A stretch of 64,000 nucleotides of DNA from a virus (taxonomy: Duplodnaviria > Caudoviricetes), in IMG/VR virus record IMGVR_UViG_3300033066_000493, positions 3,067-67,066 of that record; one strand, given 5' to 3'. The notes below the pieces were generated by a model that was not told the DNA's origin, made no database searches, and was given only the letters and a program-made list of their open reading frames with translations. The translations under genes and the position numbers were made by a program. Positions 20,071-29,029 of the stretch are shown here, piece by piece; position 1 is the first letter of the stretch, and each line of letters starts with the position of its first letter.

Positions 20071-20096
20071 AAAAAAATAGGGTCTATCGACCCTAT
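20071..20096 (-). terminator. Intrinsic terminator downstream of the Hsp20 gene
   Basis: ATAGGGTC-TATC-GACCCTAT hairpin (20077-20096) next to an A-run that gives a U-tail on the minus strand. Confidence 0.8.
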
Positions 20097-20101
20097 CTAA
20101 A

Positions 20102-20440
20102 CTATTCTATTTTTATATCATATTCATGTCTGGAATTTTTACTCAGTTCACATTTTATAGTTAGAATACCATCTTCTAATTTTGAACTTATTGAATCTAT
20201 AGGATTATCAGGTAAATATAATTTATAAGTTTTTTCTCTATCTTTTCTCTTTACCTTTATAATTAAGATATCATCTTTTCTTTTTAAAGAAATATCTTCC
20301 CTTTTACAACCAGGTAAAATATAATCAATACTATATCCATCACCAGTAGGATACCAATTACTATCATGCCAATTAGAGAAAAAGTTATCAAACAAATCAA
20401 AATTTAATCTAGACAAATCTAATTCAATAAATCTACGCAT
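20102..20440 (-). CDS. Small heat-shock protein (Hsp20/alpha-crystallin)
   Basis: LPGCKREDISL, LPD...ISSKLEDGILTI; clear SD AAAGGAG 5 nt before the ATG. Confidence 0.8.
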   Translation of the reverse strand: MRRFIELDLSRLNFDLFDNFFSNWHDSNWYPTGDGYSIDYILPGCKREDISLKRKDDILIIKVKRKDREKTYKLYLPDNPIDSISSKLEDGILTIKCELSKNSRHEYDIKIE

Positions 20441-20582
20441 AAAAACTCCTTTATATTATTTTTAAATTATTATATCATTTATATTACAAATACCATGCTA
20501 ATTTTTAAACATAATGATATTTTTTTATCATCTATGACATCTTTACATGTATTATTTTATTTTTTATATCAATCATGATATT

Positions 20583-20611
20583 TTGTCATATTAAATTTTA
20601 GATTATATAAA
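20583..20611 (+). promoter_or_regulatory. Near-consensus sigma70-type promoter pointing into the G-rich repeat element
   Basis: TTGTCA (20583-20588), 17-nt spacer, TATAAA (20606-20611). Confidence 0.45.
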
Positions 20612-20770
20612 AGGAGGTTGGCAGGAGTCTTAAATCAGGTTGATAAAAGGAGGTTGGAATCTGGTTGGTAGGAGGTTTGGTAGGAGGCTTAAATCAGGTT
20701 GGTGGAAGGAGGCCCTTTAAGTACCTTTAAGTTAGTTCTAAGTTTTCGGAGGGTGACATCAAGGATTACG
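20607..20770 (+). repeat. G-rich, C-poor mosaic repeat with multiple AGGAGG/GGA motifs (non-coding)
   Basis: ATAAAAGGAGGTTGG at 20607 and 20643; CTTAAATCAGGTTG at 20629 and 20688; GGTAGGAGG at 20667 and 20679; further GGA motifs to ~20765. Confidence 0.85.
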
Positions 20771-20879
20771 AGATTTTTAAAATTTGTTTAAAATTATTTT
20801 TAAGGAATCAAAAATAAATTTTAATTGGTATTTTTAAAAATATCAATAAACAAATTTAATGATTTTTTGTATTATAAAT

Positions 20880-20909
20880 AAAAAAAGCCATACACGTATG
20901 TATGGCTTT
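20880..20909 (-). terminator. Intrinsic terminator (possibly bidirectional)
   Basis: AAAGCCATACA-CGTA-TGTATGGCTTT perfect 11-bp stem (20884-20909); long U-tail on the minus strand, short one on plus. Confidence 0.85.
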
Positions 20910-20967
20910 AAATATAGGATATGCTCAGTCGTACCGGAATTGCCAGTGGAACCAAATATATTTAATC

Positions 20968-21204
20968 TTATGAGAAAATAGCCAAAACTTTTTGTTCAGC
21001 TAAAATAATAGCTTCAGTTGCTTTTTCTACATCTTCTGCAATAGCAGAAGGTAAACCATATAAAGTGTGAGCTGATCTATCATCAACTTCATTACCATAT
21101 TGGTATAAAGATGGACCAGAAGGCCCTAAAGTTGTTTTAAGAGCATTTGCCTTTGCGATTAAAATATCTAATTTAGTATTAACCGTATTGTGTGTTGTAG
21201 CCAT
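20968..21204 (-). CDS. Hypothetical protein
   Basis: 78 aa; weak similarity in layout to the adjacent 102-aa ORF (helix, central Y.(L/V)PS, helix). Confidence 0.6.
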   Translation of the reverse strand: MATTHNTVNTKLDILIAKANALKTTLGPSGPSLYQYGNEVDDRSAHTLYGLPSAIAEDVEKATEAIILAEQKVLAIFS

Positions 21205-21236
21205 TTTGATTATATTTTTTTATATTTTAAATTATA

Positions 21237-21545
21237 TTAAGGACCCCAAGGACCCATATTACCAGTAGGACCGAAATCTATGTATGGTTGATAACCTGTA
21301 GGTCCTAAACCGTAAGTTATTCCATCTAATTTTAATTTTAGTAATACTAATAGTTGATTGACGGAATCTAATTCGTTTTCTAGAGAAGTTACCAAAGAAG
21401 ATGGTACACTATATACAACACTACGAGGGTTTGTTGCATTTGCACCTAATTCTTCGGAACGGTAACTTATAGCTGTTAATAAATTATCAGCATTACTCTT
21501 TAACGTTGTAATCTTATTAGTAAGTAATTGTAAATTATAAGACAT
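21237..21545 (-). CDS. Hypothetical protein with C-terminal GPTG motifs
   Basis: Ends GLGPTGYQPYIDFGPTGNMGPWGP. Confidence 0.6.
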   Translation of the reverse strand: MSYNLQLLTNKITTLKSNADNLLTAISYRSEELGANATNPRSVVYSVPSSLVTSLENELDSVNQLLVLLKLKLDGITYGLGPTGYQPYIDFGPTGNMGPWGP

Positions 21546-21548
21546 CTT

Positions 21549-22112
21549 TTATTTATTTTTAAATTTCTTTTTCTTTACTTTAGGAGTAATACTTCCGATT
21601 GCATTATCAAAATTATCACCGCTACCTTCTTTACCTGGTCCTGGAGGATTAACAGCTTTCATTCCTAATGTATTAGTTAATGTTGATATACCAGAACCAG
21701 AAACTTGTCCGGTAGTTGGTCCAGCTGCTAAATTTTCCCAAACTTTTTTTAAACCTATTTTATTAATATAATTTAATAATTGTAATTGATCTTCTTTTTC
21801 TAGATCATAACTATTAAGTATTTCAAATTCATTATCAGGTTTATTTTCTATAAAATTTATATTTTTACCAGTTAACCAATCTTTTAACATTGAAAAAACT
21901 GTATCGTTAGGATTACCTATTTTATAAACTACACCTTCTCTGATTCTATGTGGTAAACCATCATGTTTAGTTTTTGCAAACTCTTCTAAATCAGATTTAG
22001 ACATAGAATCCGCAATTCTTTGTATTTTTGGTGGACAATAATCAGATTTACCAGTTTTACACGCTAAAGCTTTAGCCATTATCCTTTGTTGTGCGATTGA
22101 TTTAGCTGGCAC
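21549..22112 (-). CDS. DUF3008-like N-terminal domain protein
   Basis: MPAKSIAQQRIM...MSKSDLEEFAKTKHDGLP matches the DUF3008-type motif as I recall it from T4-like phages. Confidence 0.65.
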   Translation of the reverse strand: MPAKSIAQQRIMAKALACKTGKSDYCPPKIQRIADSMSKSDLEEFAKTKHDGLPHRIREGVVYKIGNPNDTVFSMLKDWLTGKNINFIENKPDNEFEILNSYDLEKEDQLQLLNYINKIGLKKVWENLAAGPTTGQVSGSGISTLTNTLGMKAVNPPGPGKEGSGDNFDNAIGSITPKVKKKKFKNK

Positions 22113-22284
22113 GTTTGTTAATATTTTTTAATGCTTTATAATCCTTTTTCATTAATGTTTTAGCAGCTTTAGTTTCAGAATTAATTTTTCTAACAGGAGA
22201 ACGAACTATATGGCGGATAGCTAATTTTGTAGCTAATCCGCCTAATAATTCATTTAATTCATCATATTCTAATAAATGTAACAT
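22102..22284 (-). CDS. Small probable internal-head protein: acidic leader + cationic amphipathic peptide
   Basis: MLHLLEYDELNE followed by LLGGLATKLAIRHIVRSPVRK...KRAS. Confidence 0.55.
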   Translation of the reverse strand: MLHLLEYDELNELLGGLATKLAIRHIVRSPVRKINSETKAAKTLMKKDYKALKNINKRAS

Positions 22285-22805
22285 TAGTAACGATTATTTG
22301 CTGTAGATGATAATTTAGCATAATTATCAAAACCACCAGCAGCAGTTTTACCTGATAATTTAGCCATCTTATAATCATGTTTCATCAAATTTTTCTGTTT
22401 TTTCACACCTGCTTTATGACCAGCAGCAGCAGCTTTACCATGAGCTTTAGCTACACTACCAATTATACTAGATGCATGACCCATAAATCCTTCTGGCTCT
22501 TTCTTTTTGAATGGACCGAAAAATTCATTAATAGCATCATCAGTTAAAGTATAAGAATATTCATCATTTTCATCTATACTTTCTGAAACATACGAATCTA
22601 ATAAGGATGATAATGATTGAACATATGCATCTGTATCAGTTACTTCGTATCCGTAAAATTCTGCCACTTCTTCAAATAAAGATACCATTTCATCATATGA
22701 AAGACTACCATGTTCATTTAAAGATTCTATAACAGATTTTATAAATAATGATGCATCTACACCATCATTATTTAATTCTCTATATTGAGAGTATGTTAAA
22801 ATCAT
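22284..22805 (-). CDS. Probable internal-head protein: acidic N-half + basic Gly/Ala-rich C-half
   Basis: Acidic to DAINE, then FFGPFKKK...AKAHGKAAAAGHKAGVKK. Confidence 0.6.
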   Translation of the reverse strand: MILTYSQYRELNNDGVDASLFIKSVIESLNEHGSLSYDEMVSLFEEVAEFYGYEVTDTDAYVQSLSSLLDSYVSESIDENDEYSYTLTDDAINEFFGPFKKKEPEGFMGHASSIIGSVAKAHGKAAAAGHKAGVKKQKNLMKHDYKMAKLSGKTAAGGFDNYAKLSSTANNRY

Positions 22806-22829
22806 ATCTGTTTATTTTTTAAATTTAAA

Positions 22830-23492
22830 TTATTTAGCAGGTTGTCCGGCAGCAGCTTTTTTGGCAGCACTACGAGCTTTTAAAGCTTTGATACCTTTGT
22901 ATGCACCATAACCAGCACCAGCAGCTAATGCGGCACCACCAGCAGCAACACCTAATTTCTTATTACCGCTTAATTTATTAAATGCACCAGCAGCTTTACT
23001 AGTTCCACCAATATTTAATTTGCTACCAATAGCACCTGTTTTGCCAGCTACTGCACCAGCACCTTTAGCTATTGCTCCACCAGCTTGACCAACCTTTTGT
23101 TTAAGGAAAGATGCTGCACCTTTGATTGCACTACCACCTGCTGCTCTTTTATGTACGGCGTAAGGATTATTTTTTTCTAAAAGATCTTCACCTCTACGTG
23201 TTAGAGCAAATAATAATTCGCTTTCATCTTCATTAATTCCTTCATCAATGAATTGTGACCAATCAGCAATCCATTCTGCATAGCTTTCATACACTTCTGT
23301 ATTTAAATCATAACCAGTTTCATCCAATACATTGTCTAAAAATGTTACAACTTCTGATTCAGATAAGACTTCGCGTTCTTGCATTACTGTAAGTAATGCT
23401 TCCATGACTTCAATACCATTGCTATATTCATCTTGTCCTAAACCATTTGATGATTCATACAGATCGTTAAATTCGCTAAAACTTAGTATCAT
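22830..23492 (-). CDS. Probable internal-head protein: acidic N-half + basic Gly/Ala-rich hydrophobic C-half
   Basis: MILSFSEFNDLYES leader; acidic to DLLE; then KLGVAAGGAALAAGAGYGAYKGIKALK. Confidence 0.65.
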   Translation of the reverse strand: MILSFSEFNDLYESSNGLGQDEYSNGIEVMEALLTVMQEREVLSESEVVTFLDNVLDETGYDLNTEVYESYAEWIADWSQFIDEGINEDESELLFALTRRGEDLLEKNNPYAVHKRAAGGSAIKGAASFLKQKVGQAGGAIAKGAGAVAGKTGAIGSKLNIGGTSKAAGAFNKLSGNKKLGVAAGGAALAAGAGYGAYKGIKALKARSAAKKAAAGQPAK

Positions 23493-23519
23493 ATTATATT
23501 ATTATTTTTAATTTATTTT

Positions 23520-23861
23520 TTATATATTCTTATTTAAATAGTAAACTAGTTCATGTTGAAGATCTAGTTCATTATCATACAAATTATCATCCGATTCTTT
23601 CAATTTCTGCAATAATTTTTGACCTCTATCAGTTAATTTTAATGTATCGGCTGTAATCATTTTTATTAAATGTTTATTATCCAAAAGCCATCTTTTTGTT
23701 ACACCTATTTTTTCTAAAGATTTAATATCAATGGCTCCACCATTTTTAGCAATAGCATCTAAAATAATACTTCTAACAGGTGCATGTGTACTATGTTTAT
23801 GCGCTGGATGATTATCAGTATATTTCCGTTTTGTTATTAATATTTTCTCATTTAAATTCAT
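23520..23861 (-). CDS. Hypothetical protein (possible winged-helix, probable virion protein)
   Basis: MNLNE leader, KRKYTDNHPA motif, C-terminal LKES/acidic tail. Confidence 0.55.
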   Translation of the reverse strand: MNLNEKILITKRKYTDNHPAHKHSTHAPVRSIILDAIAKNGGAIDIKSLEKIGVTKRWLLDNKHLIKMITADTLKLTDRGQKLLQKLKESDDNLYDNELDLQHELVYYLNKNI

Positions 23862-23912
23862 CTTAAAAAATATTTTTTATTGTATTAATAGTTAACATTT
23901 TTTTGGTAAATT

Positions 23913-24350
23913 TTAAGCCTTGCCATGACCACCTATACCATAATCATTTTTACCTCTATAGTTGATGGATATTTTTTTACCATGATGTTTTGATAAGAAA
24001 TCGTTAACACCATCGTCAACTCCAGCTGCGTGTCCATGACTATGACCTACGGCAAATCCAGATTTTTTACCAGCTTTATGCCCTAAATATGCCGCACCAC
24101 CAACAGCACCTGCAACGGCAGCACCAGCAGCATATTTTTTCCAATGCTTTTTAAAGTGGTCTTTAACTTTACTACCAGTTGATGCTTTAGGAGCTTCAGC
24201 TTCGTTAAGTTCATTATAGTATAAATCTATATCAAAATCAAGACCATGATACTCATAAAGATAATCGGCTACGTCCTGGAGTATACCACCTTCTTTTGCT
24301 ATAATGTTTACATCAGAAACTATAGCTTCTGGAAAATTTAAAATACTCAT
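23913..24350 (-). CDS. HWKKY-family protein (acidic pro-region + cationic Gly/Ala-rich segment)
   Basis: ELNE|AEAPKASTGSKVKDHFKKHWKKYAAGAAVAGAVGGAAYLGHK. Confidence 0.7.
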   Translation of the reverse strand: MSILNFPEAIVSDVNIIAKEGGILQDVADYLYEYHGLDFDIDLYYNELNEAEAPKASTGSKVKDHFKKHWKKYAAGAAVAGAVGGAAYLGHKAGKKSGFAVGHSHGHAAGVDDGVNDFLSKHHGKKISINYRGKNDYGIGGHGKA

Positions 24351-24491
24351 TCGTTTTATTTTAATTTTATTTTACTTTTCATATCATGTAATGATTTTAA
24401 AAATCTTTATGAAATTATAAATTTCAATGGTCAATACACTCGACCTCTACAACTTAGAGTTTATATAATTTGAATTATATCTTATCTGTTG

Positions 24492-26396
24492 TTACTTTAA
24501 ATTATTTAATTCATCTTTCATAGATGAAAAATAACCATGTATACACTCTGGTATATATTTTTTAAATGAAAGATAGTCATCATTTTTTATATTTTCGACT
24601 ATATTTTTATTTAAAATATGTTTATCATTATTTATATATTTTTTAAATTCTATAAATTCTATTTTTTTATCATCATTTTCATTCAATTGTTGATTTTTCT
24701 TAAAGAATCTAATAAAATTTTCATTACCGGCTAGTGTTATTGGATAATATTTACCATCCAATTTTTCATTTATTAGTTGTTGTGAACTATTTTTTACTAT
24801 ATGGTAACCGACAAACATTTTATTATCTTCAACAATTTTAGTTAACATTTTTTCTGATAAATCTTTACTAAATGGTCTGCTTTCACCATTTACACCATTA
24901 TGTACTTGAAATATCATTATTGGCTTTTTATTACTCTCATATATTTTTTTACATGATTCCATATGACCATTATTAAATGGTTGAAATTTACCAATAACAA
25001 CATTCACACCTTTACCAGAAACAACTTTCTGTTCTTCCGTATTACTTTCTAAGGCTCTTTTCCAAAAAGAGACAATTCTCATAGAGTCAAGACTTTCTTC
25101 GTTTTCGAGTATTAGTTCGTCTTTTTGAATTAGACGCTCTGGTATGTCTGGTATTGCGTAATTTGACGTGTTTAGAGTGTCGTTAAGAGAGAATTCTTCT
25201 ATATAAGTTTCATATATTTCTTCGAAATTACCTTCATCAATACTTGTAATTTTTTTATATATCTGGTCTACTATATTATTTTGATATTTAGCAATAGATG
25301 GTGAAAGAAATTCTTTTGTTTTATTTCTTTTCTTTCTAAATAATGAAATAAACATTTTATAAATTTCTTTCCATGAAACTGATTTATTTACAAATAATAA
25401 TGTTTTTTTATTTTCTATTAAATCAAGGTTTAAATCAAATTTTGGTTGTTTTAAATATGATGGTAAATTTAAATCTAGAGTTTCATACTTATGTCCAAAA
25501 TTATCTATAAAATTATTATATACCCTGGATATCAATTCTATATATCTATCATTTACACCAATTTTATATAATTTCATCTTTCTCCATCTATCATCTTGTT
25601 CCATAAATTCTATAATATCAGAAAAAATAATCGATACTATATCATTTTTTTCTGTAGGAACATTTGTAGTTTTTGACATTTGTTCAAAATATGGATCTAT
25701 CATTTTTGCCAAAACTTGGTAGTTTTTATCTCCAAATGAAAATACAACACCTTCCATTTTATAATCAGAATTTGGATCAATTAATTCTGGTTTAAGTGCT
25801 GGGTTTAAAATACCTATTAAAAATTTAGAAAAACTATCAGTTTTAAACTTTTTTAAAATATCTTCTTTAGACATTCTAATATATTCCATCAGAGAATCTT
25901 TTTGTTTATCTGATAATCTGCCTTCGAAAATTATTGGTGGATAACCAACACCAAATTTATCAGCCCAACTATACAATTCATCTTTAGATGATATAACATA
26001 TTCTTCAGATTTTAAATCCTTATCATCCCTCTTAACTAAAATATGTGTTAAAACAAGTTTATTCTTTGGTATTACATTATAAGATTGTATATTTGTGTTA
26101 TCAGGAAAATATTGAAAATGAAATCTATAATTTGGTTTTATACCACTCAAAGTATCTGGTGTAAAAGTTTCAATATATTCTATAGCATCATCATAATATT
26201 TGGATAATATTCTGTCAATTTTAGATATTGGATTAGTAGTATCACGTTTAAAAAATAACAACTTTTCGCCATTATACTCAAATGAAAATTTAGAGGATGA
26301 TATTTTTTCGGATACTCGGCAATCCAGATTAAGCAAATTAGATATAAATTCTGAACCTTTTTTATCAAAAATATCTTGTAATATTTTTATTGACAT
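24492..26396 (-). CDS. Fusion of an RNA ligase 2-like adenylation domain and a HIGH-type nucleotidyltransferase-like domain
   Basis: VSEKISSSKFSF (cf. Rnl2 motif I EKIHGTNFS), EGVVF (motif IV), AKMID (motif V); C-terminal VIGKFQPFNNGH. Confidence 0.6.
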   Translation of the reverse strand: MSIKILQDIFDKKGSEFISNLLNLDCRVSEKISSSKFSFEYNGEKLLFFKRDTTNPISKIDRILSKYYDDAIEYIETFTPDTLSGIKPNYRFHFQYFPDNTNIQSYNVIPKNKLVLTHILVKRDDKDLKSEEYVISSKDELYSWADKFGVGYPPIIFEGRLSDKQKDSLMEYIRMSKEDILKKFKTDSFSKFLIGILNPALKPELIDPNSDYKMEGVVFSFGDKNYQVLAKMIDPYFEQMSKTTNVPTEKNDIVSIIFSDIIEFMEQDDRWRKMKLYKIGVNDRYIELISRVYNNFIDNFGHKYETLDLNLPSYLKQPKFDLNLDLIENKKTLLFVNKSVSWKEIYKMFISLFRKKRNKTKEFLSPSIAKYQNNIVDQIYKKITSIDEGNFEEIYETYIEEFSLNDTLNTSNYAIPDIPERLIQKDELILENEESLDSMRIVSFWKRALESNTEEQKVVSGKGVNVVIGKFQPFNNGHMESCKKIYESNKKPIMIFQVHNGVNGESRPFSKDLSEKMLTKIVEDNKMFVGYHIVKNSSQQLINEKLDGKYYPITLAGNENFIRFFKKNQQLNENDDKKIEFIEFKKYINNDKHILNKNIVENIKNDDYLSFKKYIPECIHGYFSSMKDELNNLK

Positions 26397-27538
26397 TTTA
26401 CATCCTCCAATCTATTATAAAACCACTTAAAACCACCAGCAGTTTTTGTTTTACCAGAACAACATTTAGATATATTTCCAGAATGTATATTTGTTTCTTT
26501 CATAGCATTTTTTATAGATTTATATTCTTTAATAAAATTGCAATCTAAATCATATTGATATACATTTCTTGAATAATGTTTATAATATTTATTTGAAATT
26601 TTTTCTTTAATTTCGTTTTTATCTATTTTTTTAAAACTCCAAAAAAATCCACCAGCAGTTTTATTTTTATTACTACAGCAACTACAAATATTACTGATAT
26701 TTACATTTGTAATATTACTAGCTTCTGTTATAGATTTATATTCTTTAATTAAATTACCATTTAAATCATATTGATATATCATTTTTTTGTTTACAGAATA
26801 TAGATATAATCTATAATTAATCTCATCTTTATTTAATTCAGTATATGACCAAAAAAAATTCTTAGCAGTTTTTAGTACATTATTACATGATATAAAAAGT
26901 AAATTAGAATTGATATTATTATATTTTGATGCATCTGTTATAGATTTGTATTTTCTAATAAATGTACCATTTAAATCATATTGATATATCATTTTTTTTA
27001 TAGTTTTTCTACCATTTATGATTTTTTTAATATTAAAAATTTCATCATCAGATAATTTATGATCCATCCAAATATAATTATCAATAATTTTAATATAATT
27101 ATTCGAAATACGTATTACATCTATATTTGTTTTTCTCTGTGTTTCTTTAATTGAAGGATATTCCTTAATAAAATTGCAATCTAAATCATATTGATATACA
27201 ATTTTAGATGTTTTAGCTTTCGATTCATCAGTATGATGACATCCTAGCCAAAAATTTTTACCGGTTTTTTTGGAAACATTATAGCCTATTTCCGGATTAG
27301 TTGCATCATATTTTTCTATCCAATACTCTTCTTTTTTATTTAATTCATCAAAATCATCAGAATAATCTATAATTTCTCTTTTAAAATTTTCTTTTCCTAT
27401 AGATTTAATATCTTCCTTTAATTTTTTATTTGAACCATAATAATTGGAATTTAATAATTCTTTTTCCGTTTTCATTATTTGTTTTTGACCTATATAAATC
27501 TTATTATTTATAAGATTTGTTGTTTTATAAATTAACAT
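26387..27538 (-). CDS. Free-standing GIY-YIG homing endonuclease with 4 NUMOD1-type repeats
   Basis: LIYKTTNLINNKIYIGQ, EEYWIEKY...GYN; four YQYDL..NFIKEY.SI repeats. Confidence 0.9.
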   Translation of the reverse strand: MLIYKTTNLINNKIYIGQKQIMKTEKELLNSNYYGSNKKLKEDIKSIGKENFKREIIDYSDDFDELNKKEEYWIEKYDATNPEIGYNVSKKTGKNFWLGCHHTDESKAKTSKIVYQYDLDCNFIKEYPSIKETQRKTNIDVIRISNNYIKIIDNYIWMDHKLSDDEIFNIKKIINGRKTIKKMIYQYDLNGTFIRKYKSITDASKYNNINSNLLFISCNNVLKTAKNFFWSYTELNKDEINYRLYLYSVNKKMIYQYDLNGNLIKEYKSITEASNITNVNISNICSCCSNKNKTAGGFFWSFKKIDKNEIKEKISNKYYKHYSRNVYQYDLDCNFIKEYKSIKNAMKETNIHSGNISKCCSGKTKTAGGFKWFYNRLEDVKCQ

Positions 27539-27602
27539 ATATTGACTATTTAAAAATATGAATATATAAAATAAAGTTTTTGTTATTTAATCTGGAAATG
27601 AT

Positions 27603-27944
27603 ATGAATTTAAATTATAAAATACTATCAAAAAACAAAAAATCTAAAACTGGTGTATGCTATGTTTTGAATGAATACACTTATATTTTGACAGAATGTAA
27701 ATTTTCAATTTCTAAAATGAAAATTGAAAATAAATATCATAGAACTGTTTTATTTACTGAATGGTCTCATACAACATTCGATGGTAAAACTAAAGAATTA
27801 GAAAAGTTTATAATTGATAATATAGAGAATGATATTTATGTTATGTGTATTTATAATCAAAATATACATTCAAATTTAATAGAAAAGGAAATTAAAGGTG
27901 ATATATCAAAAAGGATATTAGAATTTACCAATTCTACAAAGTAA
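27603..27944 (+). CDS. Hypothetical protein
   Basis: 113-aa ORF, one of only two credible plus-strand genes; fills a gap. Confidence 0.55.
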   Translation: MNLNYKILSKNKKSKTGVCYVLNEYTYILTECKFSISKMKIENKYHRTVLFTEWSHTTFDGKTKELEKFIIDNIENDIYVMCIYNQNIHSNLIEKEIKGDISKRILEFTNSTK

Positions 27945-28167
27945 TCATCCTATCTTCTATATCACTTACAACATCGCCAACAGTTTGCCAATTTGTATAT
28001 GCCATTTCATTAAATGGTGAACCATAGTTATGTTGAATAAGATTTTTAAAATTTCTTAATCTATCACCAGTTATACCTAAATCAGATAGTTTAATATCAT
28101 CTTTAATTTTGCATGTACACGTTTGTAAAAATGCTGCAATCATTGAGTGTATTTGATTTTTTAACAT
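27934..28167 (-). CDS. Acyl-carrier-protein-like protein lacking the phosphopantetheine serine
   Basis: Aligns by eye to ACP: DLGITG in place of DLGxDS, and WQTVGDVVSDIE like xTVxDxxxYI. Confidence 0.55.
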   Translation of the reverse strand: MLKNQIHSMIAAFLQTCTCKIKDDIKLSDLGITGDRLRNFKNLIQHNYGSPFNEMAYTNWQTVGDVVSDIEDRMITL

Positions 28168-28177
28168 TTTTTAATCC

Positions 28178-29017
28178 TTAATTTAATAATTTTTGAATAG
28201 AATTTCTTTCTTTGTATATATTTAAAATGGAATCATACACAAAATCTATAATTTTATTAAAACCATCAATTTTTTGCTTTCTTTCTTTACCAAAATATGA
28301 CATTTTTATACCATTTATAGATTTTTGTATATTACCAAATTTAATATCCTTGAGTATATTAGTTAATCCTGGATGTTCATGCTCTAAACTTTTACAATGC
28401 TGTTCTAATTGATTGACTTTATCATACATCTCAGCTTGTATTTTCCACTCCTCATCACTTCTACTCCATGTCATTGGTGGTTTAGAATCATAATTTACAC
28501 CAACATTAGTTTTAATAGCATTTTCATAATTTTTAATGTCTAATAACCAATTATCAATATCTTGACCAGTTTTAATTTTAAATTCTATAGCTCTTTTGAA
28601 TTTTTTAATCAAATCTTTATGTCTTTTATCATTAACATCTAAATTATTATCTTCTATAAAATCATTAATGGTTGAATTAATATCACGTTTATCAAAACGT
28701 TTGATTGGTATTTTTAAATCTTTTAAATCTTTTATTAATTCTTTATATTTATTATCTGATTCTTCTTGATGTTTTAAGATTTTTAAATATATTGATATTA
28801 TAATACTCAATACTGAAATAGAACCTATAGTTATTAATATTGGATTTTTATTAATTTTAACCCACGATATTATTTTTTGCCATTTAGTTAATTCCTTTTT
28901 TTCTTCTTTTTTTAAATCAGATTCTGATTCAATATTATCGGATTCTAATAGATAATTGAAAAATGATAAATTGGAATTATATAAATTATATGAATTAAAA
29001 TCTAAAGTATGTTTCAT
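28178..29017 (-). CDS. Probable virion protein with a single TM segment (HWKKY-family related)
   Basis: Leader to YLLE, acidic linker, KWQKIISWVKINKNPILITIGSISVLSIIISIYLK. Confidence 0.55.
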   Translation of the reverse strand: MKHTLDFNSYNLYNSNLSFFNYLLESDNIESESDLKKEEKKELTKWQKIISWVKINKNPILITIGSISVLSIIISIYLKILKHQEESDNKYKELIKDLKDLKIPIKRFDKRDINSTINDFIEDNNLDVNDKRHKDLIKKFKRAIEFKIKTGQDIDNWLLDIKNYENAIKTNVGVNYDSKPPMTWSRSDEEWKIQAEMYDKVNQLEQHCKSLEHEHPGLTNILKDIKFGNIQKSINGIKMSYFGKERKQKIDGFNKIIDFVYDSILNIYKERNSIQKLLN

Positions 29018-29029
29018 TTAATTGATTTT

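Noticed and set aside
20483-20501. CIRCE-like or sigma54-like element upstream of Hsp20 (TTAGCATGGTATTTGTA)
   Set aside because: Only a partial CIRCE half-site; the invariant GG and GC of sigma54 promoters are both mismatched.
20607-20770. CRISPR mini-array interpretation of the G-rich repeats
   Set aside because: Repeats are 9-15 bp, interleaved, and lack unique spacers of regular length.
20910-20970. GC-richer trailer whose alternative frame reads FGSTGNSGT, similar to FGPTGNMGP of the neighbouring ORF (possible frameshift extension)
   Set aside because: No canonical slippery heptamer in the right frame, and the similarity is too short to trust.
24420-24470. Two small hairpins (GGTC..GACC, CTCTA..TAGAG) in an intergenic gap; possible tRNA or riboswitch
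   Set aside because: Too short; no cloverleaf, T-loop or recognisable aptamer.
26387-27538. Group I intron around the GIY-YIG genes
   Set aside because: Flanking genes are complete, and no interrupted reading frame or intron core was recognisable.
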